Positions 56,917 through 64,000 of a stretch of DNA of 64,000 bases are shown here, piece after piece. Below the pieces are notes generated by a model. The model saw nothing but the letters and a program-made list of their open reading frames with translations. It was not told where the DNA came from and did no database searches. The position numbers and the translations under genes were made by a program. Position 1 is the stretch's first letter. The number at the start of each line of letters is the position of its first letter. This stretch comes from an uncultured Alphaproteobacteria bacterium. GTDB taxonomy: Bacteria > Pseudomonadota > Alphaproteobacteria > Rhizobiales > Xanthobacteraceae. The DNA lies in the NCBI GenBank assembly GCA_963756245.1, contig CAVWOI010000025.1, positions 6,245-70,244 of the forward strand, written 5' to 3'.

Positions 56917-58521
56917 TCAGCGGCGGCCCAGTGCGCTCTCGCGATCCCAGGTGCGGGCGGTGACGCCGCGGTCGCGGAGCTTGAATTTCTGCACCTTGCC
57001 GTTCTCCGTCACCGGCAATGCGTCGACGAATTCGATGAAACGCGGCACCGCGAAATAAGCCAGCCGCGGCCGGCAGAATTCGCAGAGCGCGTGTTCGGTG
57101 AGGGGACTGTCAGGCCGCCGGACGATGGCGGCCATGACCTCGTCTTCGGCGAGCTCGGACGGCACCGGAAAGACCGCCGCATTATCGACGTCCGGGTGAC
57201 TGAGCAGCACCTGCTCCACTTCGAATGACGAAACATTCTCGCCACGGCGGCGGATGGCATCCTTGAGCCGGTCGACGAAGCGGTAATAGCCGTTCGCATC
57301 GCGCACGGCGCGGTCGCCGGTGTGAAACCAGCCGTCGCGGAAGGCCTCGGCGGTCTGGTCGGGCAGGGCGAAATAGCCGGTGGCGAAAGCCAGCGGCTCA
57401 TGGGAGCGCAGCACAAGCTCGCCGGGCTCGCCATCGGCCGCATCCTTGCCGTCATCTTTGCCGTCCTGGCCGGCGATGCGCGCATCGAAGCCGGCGCACA
57501 CTTGACCCATGCAGCCGGGACGGGGCTCCGCCAGGATGCCGCCGATGACGAAATTGGTCTCGGTCGAGCCGTAACCGTCGATCAGGCGGATGCCGGTGCG
57601 CTGTTCGAACGCGGTGAGCAGATGCGCGGGCACGCCGGGCGCCAGCGCGAGGCGGACGGCGTGCGCACGCTCGTCGGGCGACGGCTCACGCGACAGCAGG
57701 ATCGGCACCATGGCACCGAGCAGATAGGTGATGCTGGCGCGATGCGCGATCAGGGTCTGCCAGAACCGCGAGGCGGAAAAACGCGGCGCGGCCACCAGCG
57801 TCGCGCCGGTCAGCAAAGCCTGATGGAACGTGCCCAGCGCGTTGGTATGAAACAGCGGCAGTGTCGTGCACAGCACGTCGCTCTCGCCAAGCCCGAGATT
57901 GCGGACGCCATGAAATCCCCACCAGAAATATTGCGCATGCGGACAGCACACGCCTTTCGATGGGCCGGTCGTCCCTGATGTATAGAGGATCGCGACGGTC
58001 TGCGCCGGATCGATCGCGGCGGCGGCAAGCGCGTCGTTGCGAGGCGGAATGCCGGTCACCTCGATGCGATCGAATGACGCCGGCGCACCGCGCCCGATCA
58101 GCCATATCCGCTCCAACGCCACGCCGCTCAAGTCGACATGGCGCAACGCTTCAAGCAGTTCCGCTTCGATCACGAGGAGCCGTGCGCCGGAATTGTTCAG
58201 GATGTGGCGAAGCTGCGGCCCGCGCGCCGCGATATTGATCGGCACCGCGATCGCGCCGAGCCAGGCGCAGCCGAGATAGGCTTCGAGAAATTCCGGCCGG
58301 TTCGAGCACATGATGGCGACGCGGTCGCCCGGACGAATTCCCGCGGCGGCCAGCGTTGCGGCAAAGCGCGCGGCGATGTCGGGGGCTTCGTCAAAGCGCC
58401 AGTTCGCGCCGGCGCATCTGAACAATGTACGGTCGCCGTAACGGCGCGCCTGCCGTTGCAGCATCGCCGGCAGGGTGCGGTCGCCGGCCGGGAATGCAGC
58501 GAGAATATCGTCGGCGCTCAT
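56917..58521 (-). CDS. AMP-dependent acyl-CoA synthetase/ligase
   Basis: ILYTSGTTGPSKGV (A3 motif), GYGSTE, WFHTGD, KVQKFKLR. Start ATG 58521 overlaps the stop of the upstream cyclase gene (ATGA). Confidence 0.85.
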   Translation of the reverse strand: MSADDILAAFPAGDRTLPAMLQRQARRYGDRTLFRCAGANWRFDEAPDIAARFAATLAAAGIRPGDRVAIMCSNRPEFLEAYLGCAWLGAIAVPINIAARGPQLRHILNNSGARLLVIEAELLEALRHVDLSGVALERIWLIGRGAPASFDRIEVTGIPPRNDALAAAAIDPAQTVAILYTSGTTGPSKGVCCPHAQYFWWGFHGVRNLGLGESDVLCTTLPLFHTNALGTFHQALLTGATLVAAPRFSASRFWQTLIAHRASITYLLGAMVPILLSREPSPDERAHAVRLALAPGVPAHLLTAFEQRTGIRLIDGYGSTETNFVIGGILAEPRPGCMGQVCAGFDARIAGQDGKDDGKDAADGEPGELVLRSHEPLAFATGYFALPDQTAEAFRDGWFHTGDRAVRDANGYYRFVDRLKDAIRRRGENVSSFEVEQVLLSHPDVDNAAVFPVPSELAEDEVMAAIVRRPDSPLTEHALCEFCRPRLAYFAVPRFIEFVDALPVTENGKVQKFKLRDRGVTARTWDRESALGRR

Positions 58522-59408
58522 CGCTGTTTCTTTGGGCGCCTCTTCTGGACGCCGCCTTTCTTCGCGACGGTTTTTGCAACTGTCTTGGCGCCGGCCTTTT
58601 TTCCGGCGCGCGCGGGTGCGTTCGCCGACGACGGCACCAGCGCCAGCACGCGCAACGGGCTGCCGCTGCCGTCCTTGATCTTCAGCGGCGCGGCAAAGAT
58701 CACCGCGCCGGTCGGCGGCAACAGGTCGAGATTGGTCAGGCATTGCAGGCCGAACCGGCCGGAGCCGTGCATATAGTAGTGACACGGATAGGGCGGCTTG
58801 AGATGAAAAGCCTGTCCGGCATCGGTGCCGATGGCCTCCGAGCCAAAACCCAAAACCTGGCGCTCGTCGACGAGGAATTTCACGGCGTCGGTATCGGGTC
58901 CCGGCGTGTGCTGGCCGGTGGCGTCAATGTTCTGGTAGGCGACGGGATCGGTGCGCTTCGACCAGTCGGTGCGCATCAGGATCCACGATCCCGCCGGGAT
59001 GCGGCCGTGACGGCGCTCCCACTGGCGCAGAAAATCGGCGCTGAGCAGGAAGTCGGCGTCGGCGGCAGCTTCGCGCGAGCAGTCGATGACGCAGGCGGGC
59101 GCGACGAAGCGCTCAGCCGATATCGTATCGGTCGAGTTGTCGGGCAGATGCCGGCCCGAAATCCAGTGGATCGGCGCGTCGAAATGCGTGCCGGTATGTT
59201 CGCTGCAGGAGAAATTGTTCCAGTACCAGCCCGGCCCGCGCGCGTCGTAGCGCGACGCTTCCTCGATGCGGAACGGCCACGCCTGTCCCATTTCGGGCGG
59301 CAGCACGATTTGTGGAAATTCCGGCGACAGCGTCTGCGTGAGGTCGACGACGCGGATGCGTCCTGCCGCGAGATCGGCGATCAGTTGCAGCAGCACGGGC
59401 TCACTCAT
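58518..59408 (-). CDS. putative cyclase / kynurenine-formamidase-like hydrolase with Lys/Ala-rich basic C-terminal tail
   Basis: SEHTGTHFDAPIHW (HxGTHxDxPxH metal motif). The last ~45 aa read ..ARAGKKAGAKTVAKTVAKKGGVQKRRPKKQR. Confidence 0.8.
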   Translation of the reverse strand: MSEPVLLQLIADLAAGRIRVVDLTQTLSPEFPQIVLPPEMGQAWPFRIEEASRYDARGPGWYWNNFSCSEHTGTHFDAPIHWISGRHLPDNSTDTISAERFVAPACVIDCSREAAADADFLLSADFLRQWERRHGRIPAGSWILMRTDWSKRTDPVAYQNIDATGQHTPGPDTDAVKFLVDERQVLGFGSEAIGTDAGQAFHLKPPYPCHYYMHGSGRFGLQCLTNLDLLPPTGAVIFAAPLKIKDGSGSPLRVLALVPSSANAPARAGKKAGAKTVAKTVAKKGGVQKRRPKKQR

Positions 59409-59425
59409 CGCGCGTCCTTGTCAGA

Positions 59426-60679
59426 TCATTGCGGCGTGAGCGCAAGCTCGCGCTCCAGCGCTTTCGGATTGTCGCGCCAGCGCGCCAGCCAGTCTTGGGC
59501 GATGTCGCCGGGAAAAACATCTTCCGCGCCGCTCTTCAGCGCGCCGACGATGTCGGCCGCGAGCCGTTCCGGCGCGATCTTCGGCGGCGGCAGCGCCTGG
59601 CTCCACTCGTCGTCGATTGGCCCGGGAAAGACGTTGACGACGCGCACGCCGGCCGGCGCCAATTCGGCGCGCAGGCATTGCGCCAGCGACAGCGCGGCGG
59701 CCTTGGATGCCGAATAGGTGCCATGCGGCGGAAAGTTCGACAGCGCGAAGACCGACAGCAGGTTGACCCAGGCCACCGCGCTCGACTGGCCGTCGGCGCC
59801 GCGCGCGCGCATCGCCGGCGCGAATTCCTGCGCCAAGCGCAGCAGGCCGAAATAATTGATGTCCATCTCGGCGCGCGCCACCTCGATGCCTTCACGCGCC
59901 GCGATGCCGTAAGTGCGGTGATGATCCGCGGTGTTGATCAGGATGTCGACGCGGCCGCCGATCTCGCCGGCAAGATTTTTGACGGCGCGCGAATCGGTGA
60001 GATCGAGCGGCACCAGCGACACCTGCGGCAGCTGCGACAGGCGCTCGAAATCCGGCGGCTTCTTCCACGGCTCGGCGTGGCCGGCCCAGACCAGGTCGGC
60101 GCCCGCGGCAACGACGGCTTCGACCAGCGCCTGGCCGAGCGCCGTCTTGGCGTCGGTGATCAGGATTTTGCGGAATTTGGGATCGCAGGTCATTTCGCGA
60201 AGCTGGCGATCGTCGGCCATGTCGGGCGTGTCCTTCTGCGGCACCGCGATCAATGCGGCCTGGCCGGCTTTGTCGAGACCGGCGCGGACGTGCACGCGCG
60301 ATGGCGCGGGCGGGCAATCGCCGTGCACATGGGCGACGACGACCGGCCCGGTGTCGAGCTTGATGACGCCGAGCCGCCACGGCATGCGCTCGCGGTAGAA
60401 CAGTTCGTTGCTGTGATGCAGCGTCGTTTCTGAAACAAGCTCGCCGGCGCCATCCTGGGCGCGCCAGTCGAGCCGGTGCGACAGGCATTTGCGGCAGGCC
60501 TCGCGCGGCGGATATTGCACCGTGCCGCAGTCGCGGCAGACTTGCAGCTCGAGCTCACCGCGCGCCGCGGCGGCGGTCAGCCCGTGTGCGACACGGCTGC
60601 GGCCGCCCGGCGGCAGCGTCGGCACGCGCGTGCGCAGGATCGGATTTTTGCGCGGCGGCCGCACCAAAGGACGCGTCAT
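59426..60679 (-). CDS. DUF35 (Zn-ribbon + OB-fold) fused to short-chain dehydrogenase/reductase
   Basis: N-terminus has CRDCGTVQYPPREACRKC plus OB-fold strings. C-terminus has SDR YSASKAA (YxxxK) and NVFPGPIDD. The glycine-rich NAD motif is atypical (ITDAKTALGQA). Confidence 0.75.
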   Translation of the reverse strand: MTRPLVRPPRKNPILRTRVPTLPPGGRSRVAHGLTAAAARGELELQVCRDCGTVQYPPREACRKCLSHRLDWRAQDGAGELVSETTLHHSNELFYRERMPWRLGVIKLDTGPVVVAHVHGDCPPAPSRVHVRAGLDKAGQAALIAVPQKDTPDMADDRQLREMTCDPKFRKILITDAKTALGQALVEAVVAAGADLVWAGHAEPWKKPPDFERLSQLPQVSLVPLDLTDSRAVKNLAGEIGGRVDILINTADHHRTYGIAAREGIEVARAEMDINYFGLLRLAQEFAPAMRARGADGQSSAVAWVNLLSVFALSNFPPHGTYSASKAAALSLAQCLRAELAPAGVRVVNVFPGPIDDEWSQALPPPKIAPERLAADIVGALKSGAEDVFPGDIAQDWLARWRDNPKALERELALTPQ

Positions 60680-60695
60680 TGTTTATTTCCTTGGC

Positions 60696-61865
60696 TTATT
60701 GCCCCGCTGCGAGGATGGCGGCGCCGCTGCACAGGCCGCGATCGTAATTGATCATACCGAAGCCGCTCGCCAGACCAAGGCGCGCATCGGGCACCTTGGC
60801 GCCGAGCGATTGCCCGGTGATCTGCCGGATGACCTCGACCAGGCCGAGGAAACCGCCGGCCGCGCCGGCCTGGCCGCCGGAGAGTTGCCCGCCGGAGGTA
60901 TTGAGCGGAAACGAGCCGTCGGCGGTAAACGTGTTCCGCCGCACGAAGTCCGGGCCTTCGCCCTTCTGGCAAAAACCAAGATCCTCGATCTGCATGACAT
61001 TGATGACGGGATAGTCGTCATAGGCCGCGACGACGTCGATATCGCCGGGGCCGACGCCGGCCTGCGCATACATCTCGTCGCGGTCCAGCGCCCAGCCGCC
61101 GCGATACTGTATAGGATCGTCGGGGAAGGCATTGTGCCGCTCGATGGTGGCAAGGATGCGCGCATAGGGCAGGCCGCGTTTTTCGGCTTCGCCCCGGCGC
61201 AGCACCAGAAAGGCATCGGCGCCGGCGCAGGGCATGACGCAGTCGTAAAGCCGCAGCGGTTCGGCGATCACGCGCGCGGTCAGATAGTCGTCGAGCGTCA
61301 GCGGCTTCTTCATCATGGCGGTCGGAAACGTTAGCGCGTTGGCGCGCTGCGCCACGCAGAGCTTGCCGAAGTCTTCGGGCTTCGCACCATAAGTGCGCAT
61401 GTAATAGGCGGTGAGAAATGCGAAGCTCGCATTGGCGCCGCCCGAGCCGTAGGGATAGACGGCGTCGCGCGCGAACTGGCTGAAGGTCGCCAGATTCAGG
61501 CGGAACGAGTCGGTGTGATTGGTGTCGCCGGCGATGCAGGCGACGGCGTCGGCGTCGCCCGACTGCACCGCGCGCGCGGCGCGGCGCAGCGCAACGATGC
61601 CGCAGGCGCCGCCCATCGGAATATGGTCGAGCCAGCGCAAGGTGAGGCCGAGATGCTGGGTCAGGCCGACCGCGCTGTCCGGCGCCAACGTGAAGCTCGA
61701 CACGCACAGGCCGTCGATGCGATCTTTGGCGAGGCCCGAGCGCTTCAGCAGCGCGGCAAGAGCGCCGGCGAGAAACCAATGGGCGCCGTGGATCGAGTAG
61801 CGCACATACGGCAATGTCGTCGGGCAGGCGACGACCACGTCGTCGTAGGCGGCGCGCGAGCTCAT
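60696..61865 (-). CDS. thiolase-like (SCP-x / Ltp-type) protein
   Basis: 389 aa. GGACGIVALRRAARAVQSGDADAVACIAGD and C-terminal NTSGGQLSGGQAGAAGG (Gln where thiolases have the GHP His). Confidence 0.8.
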   Translation of the reverse strand: MSSRAAYDDVVVACPTTLPYVRYSIHGAHWFLAGALAALLKRSGLAKDRIDGLCVSSFTLAPDSAVGLTQHLGLTLRWLDHIPMGGACGIVALRRAARAVQSGDADAVACIAGDTNHTDSFRLNLATFSQFARDAVYPYGSGGANASFAFLTAYYMRTYGAKPEDFGKLCVAQRANALTFPTAMMKKPLTLDDYLTARVIAEPLRLYDCVMPCAGADAFLVLRRGEAEKRGLPYARILATIERHNAFPDDPIQYRGGWALDRDEMYAQAGVGPGDIDVVAAYDDYPVINVMQIEDLGFCQKGEGPDFVRRNTFTADGSFPLNTSGGQLSGGQAGAAGGFLGLVEVIRQITGQSLGAKVPDARLGLASGFGMINYDRGLCSGAAILAAGQ

Positions 61866-62043
61866 TCGATCCTGTTCATCGGCAGCGCTGCAGCCATCGC
61901 CAACTCCGGCTTCAACCTTGCGGAGGGAGTGTTAACAGCAAGCGCGGCAATGCGCCACGTTGGCCGGGTTTTGCCGGGCCGCCCCTGTCCGCGATCTTCA
62001 GTTTAAAGTAAAAGCCGCACACATTTCGAGTTCTTGAAAGCGC

Positions 62044-63105
62044 ATGCGGCCACACCGTTTAAAGCATCGCAGTTCCGGTCGATCGCTGCTCGACCGGCGG
62101 CGGTTCGCCGCTCTCGGGGCCGCAACGCTGGCATCGCTCGCCGCGCCGCGGCGGGCGCGTGCCGAGACCGCCGCCGAGTTCTATCGCGGCAAGACCGTCC
62201 GCGTCCTGGTCGGCTCGCCGCCCGGTGGCGGCTACGACATTTACGCGCGCCTGGTGACGCCGGTGCTGGCCGCAAAACTCGGCGCCACGGTGCTGGTCGA
62301 GAACAAGGACGGCAATGGCGGGCTCGCCGCGCTGGCGACGCTCTTGGTGCGGCCGGCCGACGGGCTGACGATCATGAATGGCAGCGCCGAAGCCGCCATC
62401 CTCAGCCAGATGCTGGTGCGGCCGGGCGCGACCTGGGACGTCACCAAGCTGAACTGGCTCGCCAAGCTGGCGTCGGCGCCAAAGCTGTGGTTCGTCGGCA
62501 AGGACGCGCGCTATCAGTCGATCGCCGCGGCGCTGCGAGCGGACCCGCTGACCTGGTCGGCGACCGGCCCGGCCGACGACATCAGCGACGTCCAGGCGAC
62601 GATCTCCTACGTGCTCGGGCTGAAGTCGAAAATCGTCACCGGCTATCGCGGCTCCGGCGACATGTCGCTCGCCGTCATCCGCAACGAAGTCAATTCCGGC
62701 CTCTTGTCGGCGGATTCGGCGCTGCTGCACATCGACCAGATCAAGCCGCTGGCGGTATTCGGCGCCAAGCGCTGGTCGCATCTACCCGACGTGCCGACCT
62801 TGCGCGAAGCCGCCACGTTGCCCGCCGACAAGACCTGGATCGTGAGTTTGCGCGAACAGATCGGCGAGGCGCAGCGCGCCATGGTGGCGGCGCCGGAGGT
62901 GCCGGCCGATCGCGTCGACTATTTGCGCGGCATCTTTGCCGAAGTGTTGACCGATCCGGCGGTGCTGGAAGAGGGCGCCAAGACCAATCGTGAGATCGAC
63001 TATATGTCGGGCGCGGATTTGCAGCGCCTGGTCGGCGATTTGATGCGGGCCGCCGGGCCGCGTCTGCCGGAATTTCATAAGATCGTGTTGGATACGTATT
63101 TTTGA
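62044..63105 (+). CDS. Bug-family tripartite tricarboxylate transporter substrate-binding protein
   Basis: Tat-like signal (RSLLDRRRFAALGAATLASLAAPRRARA), then FYRGKTVRVLVGSPPGGGYD, typical of Bug/TctC. Confidence 0.85.
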   Translation: MRPHRLKHRSSGRSLLDRRRFAALGAATLASLAAPRRARAETAAEFYRGKTVRVLVGSPPGGGYDIYARLVTPVLAAKLGATVLVENKDGNGGLAALATLLVRPADGLTIMNGSAEAAILSQMLVRPGATWDVTKLNWLAKLASAPKLWFVGKDARYQSIAAALRADPLTWSATGPADDISDVQATISYVLGLKSKIVTGYRGSGDMSLAVIRNEVNSGLLSADSALLHIDQIKPLAVFGAKRWSHLPDVPTLREAATLPADKTWIVSLREQIGEAQRAMVAAPEVPADRVDYLRGIFAEVLTDPAVLEEGAKTNREIDYMSGADLQRLVGDLMRAAGPRLPEFHKIVLDTYF

Positions 63106-63123
63106 TTGTCTGCGTCCCCTCAC

Positions 63124-63208
63124 TGTCATCATCCGCGAAGGCGGATGATCCAGTAATCGCCGATCCCGTTGGTGATTACTGGGTGCCCCGCCTTCGCGGG
63201 GCATGACA
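63124..63208. repeat. REP inverted pair (family E)
   Basis: tgtcatcatccgcgaaggcggatgatccagtaatc (63124-63158) and gattactgggtgccccgccttcgcggggcatgaca (63174-63208). Confidence 0.85.
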
Positions 63209-63214
63209 GCGCGC

Positions 63215-63826
63215 TTATATTTTGTACCCGAAAATATCGCAGCCGGTCAGGCTCTCGACATGCCGGCCGAAGCGGAATTTCAGCTCGGGGCCGTCGAACG
63301 GCGGCTGCTCGAGTTTCTGCTCGGCGTCCGAGAACGGCTCGACTTCGAGCACCACGAAGGTGTGCCCGGGCGCGTTCGCGGTTTTGAGCGCCGGTAAATC
63401 GCGTTCGAGCGTAGCGAGATCGCGAAACGCAAACACGCGTTCGAGGCCAAAGCCGCGCGCGATCGCCGCGTAGTCGTTGTCGGCGGCATTCGGCAGGCCG
63501 GCATTCGAGGTCGCGCCGTAGACGCGATTAGAGACCAAAAAGTGCGTGAGGTTCGGCAGGTTCATCTGCCGCTCGACCATCAGCATGCCCGGATTCATGG
63601 CGAAAGCGCCGTCGCCCATGAACGCCCAGATTTTCAGATCGGGTTGCGCCAGCGCCAGGCCCGAGGCGAACATGGTGGAGAGGCTCATCGAGGCGTCGAG
63701 ATAAAAACTCGCCACCGAATCGCGCGTCGCCGCCCACCAGGCCTGGCCGGAATTGCCCGCCGAGGTGATGACGATCTCGTCGGTGCGATGGCGCGCGATG
63801 GCGCGGAAGCATTCGACGTAATTCAT
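63215..63826 (-). CDS. thiamine-diphosphate enzyme, beta (TPP-binding) subunit of a split decarboxylase (sulfopyruvate/phosphonopyruvate decarboxylase-like)
   Basis: FMGDGAFAMNPG...N is the TPP GDG-(x)n-N motif. About 200 aa, matching the C-terminal TPP module only. Confidence 0.7.
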   Translation of the reverse strand: MNYVECFRAIARHRTDEIVITSAGNSGQAWWAATRDSVASFYLDASMSLSTMFASGLALAQPDLKIWAFMGDGAFAMNPGMLMVERQMNLPNLTHFLVSNRVYGATSNAGLPNAADNDYAAIARGFGLERVFAFRDLATLERDLPALKTANAPGHTFVVLEVEPFSDAEQKLEQPPFDGPELKFRFGRHVESLTGCDIFGYKI

Positions 63827-64000
63827 CAATGCCCCCCGCGTAAGAGGTCGCGCGTGAACAGCACCACCATCGGCCGCGAGAACGTGCGGGTGTGGTGGTA
63901 GCAGCGCGAGATCAGGCCGACGTCGTCGGGCTTTTCGATGATCTGATACGGCATGCTGATCGCATCCAGCACCGGCCGCAGATAAAGCCCATTGGAGATG
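63826..64000 (-). CDS. partial gene: probable alpha (pyrimidine-binding) subunit of the same split TPP decarboxylase
   Basis: Open frame running off the window (..ISNGLYLRPVLDAISMPYQIIEKPDDVGLISRCYHHTRTFSRPMVVLFTRDLLRGGH*). Its TGA overlaps the beta-subunit ATG (TGATG). Confidence 0.5.
   Translation of the reverse strand, partial: ISNGLYLRPVLDAISMPYQIIEKPDDVGLISRCYHHTRTFSRPMVVLFTRDLLRGGH

Overview
64 kb of high-GC (about 65% by eye) chromosome that looks alphaproteobacterial. Gene content and the repeat families suggest Bradyrhizobium/Nitrobacteraceae, but that is inference, not a search result. Most of the window is ordinary core or metabolic DNA: rpsU, gcdH, two tRNA-Arg genes, an RND efflux pair, rpmH-rnpA-yidC, a sensor kinase, a CoxL-like molybdoenzyme, a Dpp-type ABC transporter, an indolepyruvate:ferredoxin oxidoreductase, and a CoA-dependent catabolic cluster. 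At least six families of palindromic REP-like elements sit between genes. Two segments look accessory. (1) 20.2-25.8 kb holds a REP-dense non-coding stretch, a truncated HigA-like antitoxin remnant and a divergent pair of XRE regulators. It also holds a sharply AT-rich insert carrying one 1,051-aa gene. That protein reads as calcineurin-like metallophosphoesterase + NACHT/STAND-like module with a degenerate P-loop + unassigned helical C-terminus. I rate it the best candidate for an undescribed single-gene defence (Avs/bNACHT-like) system. (2) 31.8-36.9 kb is a decayed integrative islet at tRNA-Arg(ACG). It has a 42-bp repeat of the tRNA 3' end, arm-type direct repeats and an integrase fragment. 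A second intermediate-GC segment follows it, carrying a sensor-less MCP directly followed by a stand-alone globin. All domain calls come from motif recognition by eye and all GC statements are visual estimates. No searches or computations were run. Many long ORFs in the track are antisense or off-frame shadows typical of high-GC DNA and were not called.
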